Positions 1-9,498 of a DNA stretch of 64,000 bases are shown one piece after another. The notes below the pieces were generated by a model. That model was given only the letters and a program-made list of their open reading frames with translations, had not been told where the DNA came from and searched no databases. Made by a program: the position numbers and the translations under genes. Location: positions 534,705-598,704 of the forward strand of contig CAYFJV010000001.1 in NCBI GenBank assembly GCA_964343575.1, written 5' to 3'. The first letter of the stretch is position 1; every line of letters starts with the position of its first letter. This DNA is from an uncultured Methanosarcinales archaeon. Its GTDB lineage: Archaea; Nanobdellota; Nanobdellia; Woesearchaeales; GW2011-AR9.

Positions 1-82
1 TCTTGGCTTTGGTTAACCCTGTTAAGTTTCTTCGTCGGTAGAAAGACATATAAAGCTGCTTAATTCTTGCAAATTGTTTCTC

Positions 83-1072
83 ATGGCCAATGCAATAACT
101 ATAAAAAATTTGACGAAGACTTACGCCGGAAGTGAAGGTAACTTTCAAGCGCTTTCTGGGATTGATTTAGAGATTAAAGAAGGAGAGTTCTTTGCCTTAC
201 TTGGTCCAAACGGGGCAGGAAAGAGCACCACCATTCACGTTCTGACAAGTTTAGCAGTCAAAACAAGTGGTGAAGTTAAAATTTTTAGTTATGATATTGA
301 AAAAGATCACATTAAAGCTCGAGAACAAATTGGCTTGGTTCCTCAAGAATTTAATATGGATATTTTTGAGCAAGTTGAAAAGTTGCTTTGGTTTAATGCA
401 GGTTATTATGGTATTCCTCGATCAAAAAGGATGAAAAGAATTGATGAGGTTTTGAAACTTACTGGTTTAACTGAGAAGCGAAAAAACAAGGTTATTACGC
501 TTAGTGGTGGAATGAAGCGTAAACTCATGATTGCAAGGGCCCTGCTCCATAAACCAAAGATTTTGATTTTAGACGAGCCAACAGCAGGTGTTGATGTAGA
601 GACTCGCCAACAGATGTGGGATTTCTTGAAGAAGCTAAACAAAGAGAGTAAAATTACCTTCTTACTTACTACACATTATATTGAAGAGGCGGAACAGCTC
701 TGTGAGCGTATCGCCATCATTCAAAAAGGAAAAATTGTTGCTTGTGATGCTAAAGAGAAAATTATGAAAGAGTTTGGTCGTGATGAAGTGCGTGTAGAAC
801 TAAGTAAGAAAGTAAGTGAAAAAGAACTTGCCAAGGTCTTGAAAGATTACGAATATGAGAATGGTGGAAGATCTGTGAGTATTAGCATTCCTTCTGAAAA
901 TTTTGATTATAATAAACTCGTTGAAAAATTGACTAAGCTGCCATTAGAAAAAATTACAACAAAGGAGAAAAGTCTTGAGGAGATCTTTGTTGATTTGACC
1001 CACAAGTATGGTGACGAACATAAAGCTGGAGCTGAAAAGAAAAAGAACAAGGAAAAAGGTGAGGAAAAATGA
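83..1072 (+). CDS. ABC-2 type transporter ATP-binding protein (YadG-like)
   Basis: Walker A GPNGAGKS, signature LSGGMKRK, Walker B LILDEPT; ATG at 83 follows a TATA-like element at about 47-54. Confidence 0.92.
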   Translation: MANAITIKNLTKTYAGSEGNFQALSGIDLEIKEGEFFALLGPNGAGKSTTIHVLTSLAVKTSGEVKIFSYDIEKDHIKAREQIGLVPQEFNMDIFEQVEKLLWFNAGYYGIPRSKRMKRIDEVLKLTGLTEKRKNKVITLSGGMKRKLMIARALLHKPKILILDEPTAGVDVETRQQMWDFLKKLNKESKITFLLTTHYIEEAEQLCERIAIIQKGKIVACDAKEKIMKEFGRDEVRVELSKKVSEKELAKVLKDYEYENGGRSVSISIPSENFDYNKLVEKLTKLPLEKITTKEKSLEEIFVDLTHKYGDEHKAGAEKKKNKEKGEEK

Positions 1073-1833
1073 ATCAGTTGGTTGCACTTCTTACCTTAGT
1101 TGAGAGAGAGCTGAGCAGGATCTTTAGAATCTGGAGACAGACCATTGTACCACCAGTAATGACTGCAGCATTGTACATTCTTATCTTTGGTTATTCTTTA
1201 GGGAGCAGAATTGATCTTGGCACAGGAGTAGATTATCTTACCTTTATCTTTCCAGGTCTTGTTATCATGGGAGTAATTACTAGCTCTTATTCACAAAGTT
1301 CTTTCTCTTTATTTATCAACAAGTTTCACAGGAGCATTCAAGAACTCCTTGCATCCCCCATGTCTTATCTAAGCATTAATGCAGGTTATACCTTAGGAGG
1401 AATTGTTCGATCTTCTCTTGTAGGGGTCTCTACCTACCTAGTTGGCTTTCTCTTAGCAGGAGTTACTATTGCGTACCCACTTTTGGCTTTGTATATCGTA
1501 CTGATCACAGGAATTATCTTTGCACAGTTTGGGATTATAACAGCAATGTGGGCGCAAGATTTTGATCAAGTGAATGTGTTTGTAGTCTTTTTGATCACGC
1601 CGTTGATTTATCTTGGAGGAGTTTTCTATTCAGTGGAGATGCTTCCACCATTTTGGAGATCAATTTCACAGTTTAACCCAATTTTTTATCTAGTGGATAG
1701 TTTTCGCTTTGCTTTTATCGGCAGCTCAGATACCAATGTCTTTTTGAGTGTGGCAGTAGCTACCTTAATTGCGATTGTTTTGGTTTCAGCTGCTATGTAT
1801 CTGATGAGAAAAGGATATAAGATAAAGAGTTAA
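1069..1833 (+). CDS. ABC-2 type transporter permease (YadH-like)
   Basis: About 6 hydrophobic helices, IFPGL and NPIFYLVD motifs; ATGA overlap with the ATPase gene. Confidence 0.9.
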   Translation: MNQLVALLTLVERELSRIFRIWRQTIVPPVMTAALYILIFGYSLGSRIDLGTGVDYLTFIFPGLVIMGVITSSYSQSSFSLFINKFHRSIQELLASPMSYLSINAGYTLGGIVRSSLVGVSTYLVGFLLAGVTIAYPLLALYIVLITGIIFAQFGIITAMWAQDFDQVNVFVVFLITPLIYLGGVFYSVEMLPPFWRSISQFNPIFYLVDSFRFAFIGSSDTNVFLSVAVATLIAIVLVSAAMYLMRKGYKIKS

Positions 1834-1924
1834 TTTTGTCTATCTTTCTTCTTTTGGTTAGTTTTTCTGGAAAATTTTATAAAAAATGTTCTTTTTAGGA
1901 TATTTCTGGTGTTTGGAGAATGAG

Positions 1925-2659
1925 ATGGACCATAAAAATAGAAGGAGAAGCAGATGTATTTTTGGGACAAGCCTAGTTGCTTCTCTATTAGTTGGTTCTG
2001 CTTTTCTTCCAGGATCTATTTTTCTAGATAAATATCTTAGCGGTCCTATTCGCTTAGTCCCAAATAAACAAGTTGCAGTAAGCTATCATAAGGGCGAAGA
2101 ATTACCTGTAGTAGAGTGTAGCGATTTTGGTCCCGGGAGTCTTGCTCAATCTCCTCTTGCTAACTTGGATTCTGGAGAAGAAGTAACTAATTATGTTACT
2201 GCAAGACTCATAGGAGACAGACATAAGACTCCTGCAGAGTGGACATACCATGTTATGGAAAATCTTTTGGAAGATAATCCAACTCCTCCAGAATGGGTAT
2301 GTGAAGTAAGTTTAGTTTTAGAAGATGATAGACGAGCATATTATTACGGAGAACTCACCCCAACTGCTTGGTTTCATGTGCTTCTTGAGAATGGTGATGA
2401 AGTTTTTCATAGAGAAGGGTCTGAAGTTTACAGATCTTCCTTGTTTGATAACCCGCGGCTAGTAGATAGGAAGCTAAGAAGGGTTTGCGACCTAGCAAGA
2501 ACTAAATTTTCTTGTGATACTGATGTGGGAGAACCCTCCTCCTTAACACTTTCTACTCTTGAAAACGATCTTAATCTTCTTGGAAGGAATTATCTTCGTC
2601 AAGAAAGGCTAGAAGAACAAGAAAGAGCCCGACTTAGAGAACAAAAAGAAATTTACTGA
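1925..2659 (+). CDS. Hypothetical protein with N-terminal membrane anchor
   Basis: Long ORF; basic N-terminus then a hydrophobic stretch; no recognised family; start uncertain. Confidence 0.6.
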   Translation: MDHKNRRRSRCIFGTSLVASLLVGSAFLPGSIFLDKYLSGPIRLVPNKQVAVSYHKGEELPVVECSDFGPGSLAQSPLANLDSGEEVTNYVTARLIGDRHKTPAEWTYHVMENLLEDNPTPPEWVCEVSLVLEDDRRAYYYGELTPTAWFHVLLENGDEVFHREGSEVYRSSLFDNPRLVDRKLRRVCDLARTKFSCDTDVGEPSSLTLSTLENDLNLLGRNYLRQERLEEQERARLREQKEIY

Positions 2660-2730
2660 AGAAGACCCCAGCAGATCTTCATTATTCAGGAAGGCAAAAG
2701 TATTTAAACGAGGGGATCGTCTTTTTTCTT

Positions 2731-3540
2731 ATGAGTTCTTGGAAAGTTGAGTTTCACGATGACCCTACACTTAACAACCCAGTGTTTATTGAAGGGCTCC
2801 CAGGTATTGCTAACGTTGGGAAAATTGCAGTTGATTTTCTTGTTGAAGAATTGAAGGCTAAAAAGTTGGCTTCTTTTCACTCACACAGCTTTCCTCATTC
2901 TGTTTTTGTGAATGAGAAAAATCTTGTTGAGCTTCCTAAGATCGAGCTTTATTATAAGAAATTTAGAAATGGAAAAGGGAGCAAAAAGCGTGATCTTCTT
3001 CTTTTGACAGGAGATGTGCAACCTATTGATGAAGCAAGCTGCTACAGCTTCTGTGAAGAAGTACTGAGGATCTGTAAAGAGTATAAGTGTAAAGAGCTCA
3101 TTACTACAGGAGGTATTGGCTTGCAAGAAGTTCCTGAAAAACCAAAAGTCTATTGCGCTGCAAATAGTAGTGCTTTCTTAAAGCAGTTTGGGAAGAAAGG
3201 ACTTGGTGTGAATACTAGTATCTTTGGAGTAGTTGGTCCTATCATGGGAGCTTCTGGAGTGCTTGTTGGGTTAAGTGCTCGTTATAAAATCAAATCTGCG
3301 GCGCTTCTTGCTGAGACTTTTGGTCATCAAATGTATCTTGGTATTAAAGGTTCTAAAGAAATTTTGCGCGTGCTTGATAAGAAATATGCGCTTAAAATCA
3401 ACTTGAAGAAGATGGGTAAGGAAATCGTTGCCATTGAGAAAGAGGTTTTGAAGAAAACCAAGGAATGGTTTGATGAAATGACTCATTCTCAACAAGCAGG
3501 AGCTAAACTCATTAGTAAAGAGCAGAATTATATTGGGTGA
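2731..3540 (+). CDS. PAC2-family proteasome assembly chaperone-like protein
   Basis: FIEGLPGIANVGKIA, GDVQP, TTGG and GASGVLVG motifs; adjacent to nop10 as is usual in archaea. Confidence 0.88.
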   Translation: MSSWKVEFHDDPTLNNPVFIEGLPGIANVGKIAVDFLVEELKAKKLASFHSHSFPHSVFVNEKNLVELPKIELYYKKFRNGKGSKKRDLLLLTGDVQPIDEASCYSFCEEVLRICKEYKCKELITTGGIGLQEVPEKPKVYCAANSSAFLKQFGKKGLGVNTSIFGVVGPIMGASGVLVGLSARYKIKSAALLAETFGHQMYLGIKGSKEILRVLDKKYALKINLKKMGKEIVAIEKEVLKKTKEWFDEMTHSQQAGAKLISKEQNYIG

Positions 3541-3543
3541 GGC

Positions 3544-3732
3544 CTAGTTAGCAGTTGTGTACCAGCCCTTCTTTTGAAATCCTTTCTTTCTTTCTTCTCT
3601 TCGATAGCTTGCGTATTTGTCATCTAGAGAAAACTTTGGTGGCTTTGGAAGAATGCTTAGTTTTTTGCACTTTGGGCAAGAATTCTTAAGAGTGTAGACT
3701 TTGCACTCTTTGCAGAAGTGAATTTGTTTCAT
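3544..3732 (-). CDS. nop10: H/ACA RNP protein Nop10
   Basis: CKECKVYTLK..CPKC..P.PPKFSLDDKYASYRR; lies downstream of aIF2-alpha. Confidence 0.93.
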   Translation of the reverse strand: MKQIHFCKECKVYTLKNSCPKCKKLSILPKPPKFSLDDKYASYRREERKKGFQKKGWYTTAN

Positions 3733-3769
3733 TTTAGTTTTTAATTTGGTGGCACTGGAGATTGTCTTT

Positions 3770-4558
3770 CTAATCGGCGACTTCAGCTTTTCTTCTACTA
3801 AAGCTAGAACTTGAAAGGCCATCGTTAAACTTTTCTAAAACGCTTTGGATTTCTTTGAGCTGATCTTCAGCTTTCTTGTAATCTCGCTCTTCTAAAGTAA
3901 ACTTATATCTTCCTGCTCCGAGATAAACCACTTTTAGCTTTTCTGAGATTGCTTCTACTTCCTTAAGGGTGCTCTTTACCTTTTCAAGGCCTTCCGTTGC
4001 ATAGGTTCTCAAAGAGATTTCTCCTTGGAAGAGGATCTTTGGCTCTTTGAATTTCTCCTTAGCCGCAGTAGCAAGCTCCTCTGCAAGAGATTTATCAAGT
4101 CCAAGTTTTACGAAATCTACCTCTCCTTTAGCAAGATCACGAAAGGCTAAGTGAAGATGAGAATATTCCTTGAAAACACTCTTGGTAACAATCTTGTAAA
4201 GTGCTTCAGGTTTCTTATTGAGCTTTTTAGCAAGATTTTTGATCACTTGCTCTGCTTTGATCTCTTGTTTGATTTGATCAAGTTTCTCTCTTCGGGTTGT
4301 AGAGTTTACCCGCCGTAGGGAAAGGTCAATGTGTCCTTTCTCTCTATTGATTCGAAGCACCTTACAAACAATCTGTCTTCCAACACTTACATAGTTTCGA
4401 ATGTTTCGAATCCTTCCAGGAGAGATCTCAGAAATATGAATCATACCAGAATCATTATACTCAACAAGATCAGCAAAAACAGAATTGGGAAATATCTTGG
4501 TTACTTTACAGAGAACTATTTCGTTTTCTTCCGGGAGCCCTTGACGTTTGTAATACAT
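3770..4558 (-). CDS. eif2a: Translation initiation factor aIF2 alpha subunit
   Basis: S1 domain GMIHISEI...KGHIDLSLRRV; YLGAGRY motif; conserved gene order. Confidence 0.95.
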   Translation of the reverse strand: MYYKRQGLPEENEIVLCKVTKIFPNSVFADLVEYNDSGMIHISEISPGRIRNIRNYVSVGRQIVCKVLRINREKGHIDLSLRRVNSTTRREKLDQIKQEIKAEQVIKNLAKKLNKKPEALYKIVTKSVFKEYSHLHLAFRDLAKGEVDFVKLGLDKSLAEELATAAKEKFKEPKILFQGEISLRTYATEGLEKVKSTLKEVEAISEKLKVVYLGAGRYKFTLEERDYKKAEDQLKEIQSVLEKFNDGLSSSSFSRRKAEVAD

Positions 4559-4633
4559 TTTTTGTCTTGCCTCTTTTCTCAAGAAGAGAAAAAATAATTA
4601 ATGCCAATGAAGGCTGCTGTGTGTTACAAGAAC

Positions 4634-4813
4634 TTAAGAAAGTACTTCTAAAACTCTTGCAGAGATCTTTGATTTCCCACCCGTAGGATAAACTACTTCT
4701 TTATCACAAACTAGGCAGTTCACTACAGTGCTTGCAGTGCCAAAGACAATCTGCTCATTCTTACAACCAGAGCATCGAACTTTAATGAATTTGCTTTTTG
4801 GTTCACTTGCCAT
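4634..4813 (-). CDS. rps27e: 30S ribosomal protein S27e (59 aa; absent from the ORF track)
   Basis: Manual translation MASEPKSKFIKVRCSGCKNEQIVFGTASTVVNCLVCDKEVVYPTGGKSKISARVLEVLS; between rpl44e and aIF2-alpha. Confidence 0.95.
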   Translation of the reverse strand: MASEPKSKFIKVRCSGCKNEQIVFGTASTVVNCLVCDKEVVYPTGGKSKISARVLEVLS

Positions 4814-4814
4814 C

Positions 4815-5123
4815 TTAAATTAACTCCACCCGTTTAGCTCTTATCCCAGATGCCTGAGCACTTGCCTTTTTACATACTTGGCAGGTAAAACGAAGATCAG
4901 TTTTCTTGGTGTTCTTTGCACCAGATCGTTTAAATTTGGTTACTGCTGGCTTGGAATATTTTCCATGTCCACCATTTCCTCGAGCTAAGCCCCGCTTTCG
5001 TGCCCTATATTTTGAACCTAAACTTAATGAACTTGCAGTTCTTCTTTTGTTTTGTGCCACTTTATGTTCAGTGTGCTTTTTACAGCTTCTACACAATCGC
5101 TTTCTTAACTTTGGTAATTTCAT
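4815..5123 (-). CDS. rpl44e: 50S ribosomal protein L44e
   Basis: MKLPK..CRSCKKHTEHKV...KKTDLRFTCQVCKK. Confidence 0.95.
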   Translation of the reverse strand: MKLPKLRKRLCRSCKKHTEHKVAQNKRRTASSLSLGSKYRARKRGLARGNGGHGKYSKPAVTKFKRSGAKNTKKTDLRFTCQVCKKASAQASGIRAKRVELI

Positions 5124-5250
5124 TGTAATAGACCTTATTTATACTCTCTAATGTACTTGCTGAGTGGACTTAAGAAAGGGGTTTATTTATAAAGTTTTTG
5201 ACTGGCAAGAAGAGGCTGCTTTATAAAGAAAATCTGGCCCTGCTTCGGAT

Positions 5251-5607
5251 TCAAAGAAGGGAAAGTTCTCTGGTAAGTTGATCAATTTCCTCCTCATCTG
5301 CAGGTCCAATTGCAGCGCAGGTTTTTGTCCCAGGCGCCACTACAGTATGCCCCGCATCAGTGATAAGTGATGTAGGGAGACCTTGCTCTTTTGCCATCTG
5401 AAAGTACTTGATCAATTCTTTCTCATCTTTAACTTTAAGCGCGATTTTAGCCATACCCTCTTTACGCCAGCTTTTGACCTCAGTTGAGTCTACTCCTGCC
5501 TTAAAGACAGCCTCTACGCTTGCATGTGCTGCTTGCGCTGCAGTTTTGCCCTTTGGCATCTTCAGGTCTTGGCGTACGAGTATAACTTGTTTCATTTTGT
5601 ATTGCAT
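5251..5607 (-). CDS. pth2: Peptidyl-tRNA hydrolase Pth2
   Basis: KQVILVRQDLKMPKGKTAAQAAHA, DAGHT and IGPA motifs. Confidence 0.95.
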   Translation of the reverse strand: MQYKMKQVILVRQDLKMPKGKTAAQAAHASVEAVFKAGVDSTEVKSWRKEGMAKIALKVKDEKELIKYFQMAKEQGLPTSLITDAGHTVVAPGTKTCAAIGPADEEEIDQLTRELSLL

Positions 5608-5716
5608 TTCTTAATCCCGAAAATTTCTTTTGTTATAAAAACCTGTTTATCTCCCACCTAGGTAAGTTGTTAGGAAAAATGTAGTAGAATGCAGAAGAAA
5701 AAATAATAATAAAGGT

Positions 5717-6487
5717 TTACAATAAAGAGTCGAAGTAACTCACAAAATGAGGTGCTTCAAGCCAAACTGCAGAGTCGTAATTTTGGTGCGTTTTCTTATC
5801 GTCGGTTAAGAAGACAAGGACACTCTTACCGTCTACAAGACAGAACCTTGCATCACTTTTTGCATCAGAAGCATGCACAGTAGCTACTTTCTCAAAGTTC
5901 TTGAGCACTTCTTTTTTAGCAGAGCTTGGAACAGTGATGTTTACATTTACTCCTCGAGCGGAAGCTTTTTTGATCTGATTGTACAAAACATCGTGCTTTC
6001 TCTCAAGACCTTCTTTAGTGGTCTTTAAGTGCACACTCTTTTTTGCTCCTTTGATAAGATAGTTCAAATGATCATATACTTTCTCTCTTCCTCTAAAAGA
6101 AGCAGATTTTTCACTTGGGTCCACAAGCTTAATACCATCGCTATGAAGTACGTTAAGCTCTTCTAAAAGAGGGGATTCTTTGATCTTGCTCAGAATATCT
6201 GTTTTCTCTTTTGCTTCTTCAGCAATCTTCTTTTTCACACGTTCAATTACTTCTTGAGGGTGCACAGCAAGGTACTTGATTGGTTTTCCAACCTTTACTA
6301 CAATAAATCCTTTCTTCTCAAGACTCTCAAGAACATCGTAAGCACGAGATCGAGGTACATTGGAGATATCAGAAAGCTCTCCTGCAGTAGAAATTCCTCG
6401 AGAAAGTAAAGCAATCCATAATTTGGACTCGTAAGAGTTCAGACCAAAGTCTTTGAGTTTGTTAAGTAATTCTTTTTGAACGATCAT
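5717..6487 (-). CDS. TrmB-family transcriptional regulator / chromatin protein
   Basis: GLNSYESK, VPRSRAYDVLESLEKKGF, KPIKY winged helix plus a PLD-like C-terminal domain. Confidence 0.9.
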   Translation of the reverse strand: MIVQKELLNKLKDFGLNSYESKLWIALLSRGISTAGELSDISNVPRSRAYDVLESLEKKGFIVVKVGKPIKYLAVHPQEVIERVKKKIAEEAKEKTDILSKIKESPLLEELNVLHSDGIKLVDPSEKSASFRGREKVYDHLNYLIKGAKKSVHLKTTKEGLERKHDVLYNQIKKASARGVNVNITVPSSAKKEVLKNFEKVATVHASDAKSDARFCLVDGKSVLVFLTDDKKTHQNYDSAVWLEAPHFVSYFDSLL

Positions 6488-6638
6488 TGTGACTCTTCCT
6501 CCGTCTGACAGATGAACTGTCCTTCTCAAAACCGGAGCAGACTGTGTGTTTTTACTACTGGATAGAAGAAAAAACGTTGCTTTATAAATCTTTTGGTATT
6601 TTATTCACCGAACAGTGGTATCTATGGGGCAGAGGGAT

Positions 6639-6953
6639 TTATTCTCTACTGGAAGAATCGTCATCCACAGTGAAAAGTCGGCTATCATTGACGAGAAAAA
6701 GGTGAATTCTAGCCCCAGCATCAAGCCAACCGTGAGCGTAATTGAGGGCAGCGAAGGCTAAAACTGCGTCTTGTCTTTTCTCGAGGAAGAATTGGGCATC
6801 TTGATAGTAACTTTGGGCCATATTGAAGAAATCTTTAGCTTGTTCTAGGCGCTTTGGATCAAAGGCTTGCTCTGCCTTATCCAGAGCTTCTTTAGTGATT
6901 TTGAAGTACTGGGTGAGTTTTTCTTGGGTGATGGCGTTTTTTATTGCTTGCAT
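6639..6953 (-). CDS. DUF357-family protein
   Basis: MAQSYYQDA..F....AFAALNYAHGWLDAGARI motif. Confidence 0.88.
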   Translation of the reverse strand: MQAIKNAITQEKLTQYFKITKEALDKAEQAFDPKRLEQAKDFFNMAQSYYQDAQFFLEKRQDAVLAFAALNYAHGWLDAGARIHLFLVNDSRLFTVDDDSSSRE

Positions 6954-6994
6954 CTTGGCTTAAGAATAAGAGCCCAGTTATATATCTTCTTCAT

Positions 6995-7008
6995 AAAGGT
7001 TTAAAAAA
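6995..7008 (+). promoter_or_regulatory. Archaeal BRE/TATA promoter of the ECF sigma-factor gene
   Basis: AAAGG-TTTAAAAA, TATA starting 30 nt upstream of the ATG at 7030; same geometry as promoters of core genes in the window. Confidence 0.6.
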
Positions 7009-7029
7009 GAGTGGCAGGGAGAGAAACTG

Positions 7030-7647
7030 ATGACCCTTCCAGTTAGTGGATTGGAGCCGCCAGATAGAGATTGCGTAGGATTGGCTCTTTGTGGAAACCC
7101 CGTTGGTATTGAAGTTCTCTACACTCGTTATGCTCCTGCACTTGTTCGTTATGCAACAAGGTTTTTGAAAGACCCAGCAGAGGCAGAAGATGTTGCACAG
7201 GTTGCTTTCTCTAAACTCATGAATGAGAGAAACCTTAGGAAGTTACATGGGAGCCAAGCCTGCAATGTAAAAGCTTGGCTTTACAGAACAACAAGGAACT
7301 ATTCTTTAAACCAGATAAGGGATAGAAAACGAAGAGAAAACCTTCTAGATGGCCACCATAAAAACCTCCCAGAAGCACACCACAGCCTGCCTGGTCAAGA
7401 AGGTCCAATCTCTAGAGAAGAACTGCGTGCTCACCTTGATATTGCACTTTCAGGACTTACAGCAGACCATAGAGAAATAATAGAAGCCAGATTTTATGAA
7501 GAGCTGACTTACCGAGGGGTTGCAGAGATCCTAGAACTAAAATTAGGAACAGTCATGTCTCGTCTAAGCAGAGCAAAAGACGCGTTAAGAGAAATACTGA
7601 AAACAGAAGAACCTTACCTTAGAGAAAGTCTAGAAACTTTTTTGTAA
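7030..7647 (+). CDS. Bacterial-type ECF (group 4) sigma-70 factor
   Basis: Region 2 LYTRY..LVRYA..AEDVAQVAF..KAWLYRTTRN; region 4 LTADHREII..R..EELTY..VAEILELKLGTVMSRLSRAK. Confidence 0.92.
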   Translation: MTLPVSGLEPPDRDCVGLALCGNPVGIEVLYTRYAPALVRYATRFLKDPAEAEDVAQVAFSKLMNERNLRKLHGSQACNVKAWLYRTTRNYSLNQIRDRKRRENLLDGHHKNLPEAHHSLPGQEGPISREELRAHLDIALSGLTADHREIIEARFYEELTYRGVAEILELKLGTVMSRLSRAKDALREILKTEEPYLRESLETFL

Positions 7648-7691
7648 TCTGTATAGAAAAAATTGACAAGATAAAAAAAGTAGAATGTAAA

Positions 7692-7922
7692 TTACTCTGC
7701 CCTAGGAGCAGGTCGTTTTACAGTAATTGGAATTACGCCCTCTTTGAACTCACGAAGAGCAATTCTAATTGGGTTATACTGCAGCTTTAGAAGTTCTTTC
7801 TCACTAAGCTTAAGCAAGAAAGGTGCGCCCATAGCAAGCTGCAGAGCTCTACTTCCAATCATCCGAGCAGTTTCATACTTTGTGTAAGTGATTTCTTGAG
7901 TTTTATCAGTTTTCTTTGCCAT
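7692..7922 (-). CDS. rpoK: DNA-directed RNA polymerase subunit Rpo6 (K)
   Basis: YTKYETARMIGSRALQLAMGAP...PIRIALREF..GVIPITVKR. Confidence 0.96.
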   Translation of the reverse strand: MAKKTDKTQEITYTKYETARMIGSRALQLAMGAPFLLKLSEKELLKLQYNPIRIALREFKEGVIPITVKRPAPRAE

Positions 7923-7965
7923 TGTAAATGTACCTGAATAAATTAAAGTAATAAAAAAACAAAAA

Positions 7966-8763
7966 TTAGTTCGCCTTATTTAAAGCTTCTCGTAAAAACT
8001 TTGCTTTTTCAAGCGCAATGTCCACGATCTGACCTACTTCTTCCACAGTCAAAGTTGCTTCTCCGCCTTTTTGCATAGCAGAGATAACACCATCGCCATC
8101 AGAAGCTACAGTCAGCCTTGCCTCGTAAGCTTTCTCTTCTTGAGCAATTGGATCTACAAGCAATTTACCACCCACTTTAAGGACAGTAATGGAAAGAGGT
8201 TCCTTTAAGATAGGCATCTTCTCATCACTAAATTTCTTGTAGTCAACAACGCCAGTTTCTGGATCGAATACTCTGAACTTGCTGTCTCTTAGTGCAGCAA
8301 TTGCAGCTAAGGATGCAGCATCGAAAAGGTTTCCATCATCGTTAATAGTAACAATGTCAACGCTCACGAACCAAGCAAGTTCTCCTTTCTTGATGCAGAG
8401 TTTTTTGAAGTCAATTGCCTTTGCTTCACGAATACCACGATCAGTTACTCTTGCAACTTCAACTGCTTTCATTCCAGGAGGCCCCGGTTCATACTCTGGG
8501 CTGGAAAGTGGAAGTAGTTCTACGTTGATCATGATTCCACCTTGATCAGGAGTATCGTTGTAAGGCTTTTCAAGGCTCATTTTTACCCCGGCCATTACTA
8601 CAGTATTTCCGATCTGCACACGAGCTGATCCTTCAGCTGATTTTGCAATACCAATTTCTACAGTAATTGGTCCACGGTAATCAAGTAAGCCGCGTCCATC
8701 AAGACGTTTATCCTGAGCAATGATGCGCTTTACTACTTCGCCATTTTTGATGAGTCGTTTCAT
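7966..8763 (-). CDS. rrp42: Exosome subunit Rrp42
   Basis: RLDGRGLLDYR, AEGSARV, PGPP and DDGNLFDA motifs; RNase PH fold; operon context. Confidence 0.95.
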   Translation of the reverse strand: MKRLIKNGEVVKRIIAQDKRLDGRGLLDYRGPITVEIGIAKSAEGSARVQIGNTVVMAGVKMSLEKPYNDTPDQGGIMINVELLPLSSPEYEPGPPGMKAVEVARVTDRGIREAKAIDFKKLCIKKGELAWFVSVDIVTINDDGNLFDAASLAAIAALRDSKFRVFDPETGVVDYKKFSDEKMPILKEPLSITVLKVGGKLLVDPIAQEEKAYEARLTVASDGDGVISAMQKGGEATLTVEEVGQIVDIALEKAKFLREALNKAN

Positions 8764-9497
8764 TCTTGCGCACCTCCTTTCTCTGCACTAGGCTGTCCTG
8801 TGCTTGCGTACTTCTCCTGAAGTGCCTTCATCTGTACTTCATAGATCTGATCAACTGCATCTTTAGCAAGCTCTAAAGCTTCCATAAGTGCTTCCTTGCT
8901 GATCTCACCATCCATTTGCAGTAAGCTTACTTCTTTGGAGTTGTGTAGCATTGCAACTGGGATGTCGGATACCGGAGCATCGTAAGCTTCCTCAGCGTAA
9001 GTTAAGTCTGAAACTACAGTTCCATCAACTTCACCAACAGCTACAGCACCAACCATATCTTTCATAGGGATTCCAGCTTCAGCAAGAGCCATGGATGCTG
9101 CAGAGATTGCAGCACAACGGGTTCCCGCATCAGTTTGAGGAAATTCTACAAAGACTTCAACCATTGCATTTGGAAAGGCTTCTAAGTCAATAACTGGCTC
9201 AAGCGCCTTTTTCATAACCATAGAAATTTCTTGAGATCTTCTTTTGTTTCCTGGCCTGATACGCTCACCAGTCCCTGAGAAAGGAAGCATGTTGTAATGA
9301 CACTTCAAGATCCCTTTTTTAGGGTCTGCTAAGAATCTGGGGTATACTTCCCGAGGTCCGTAGACTGCAGCATAAGCAACAGTGTTCCCAACTTTAAAGT
9401 AAGCTGATCCAATTGCGTTTGGAATAACACCAACCTTAGCTTCCATAGGGCGTAGTTCGCCCTTTTTTCTTCCGTCTAATCGTTTTGTATAGGCCAT
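8760..9497 (-). CDS. rrp41: Exosome phosphorolytic subunit Rrp41
   Basis: RLDGRK..ELRP, VYGPRE, RRSQEIS, DAGTR and LLQMDG motifs. Confidence 0.95.
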   Translation of the reverse strand: MAYTKRLDGRKKGELRPMEAKVGVIPNAIGSAYFKVGNTVAYAAVYGPREVYPRFLADPKKGILKCHYNMLPFSGTGERIRPGNKRRSQEISMVMKKALEPVIDLEAFPNAMVEVFVEFPQTDAGTRCAAISAASMALAEAGIPMKDMVGAVAVGEVDGTVVSDLTYAEEAYDAPVSDIPVAMLHNSKEVSLLQMDGEISKEALMEALELAKDAVDQIYEVQMKALQEKYASTGQPSAEKGGAQE

Positions 9498-9498
9498 T

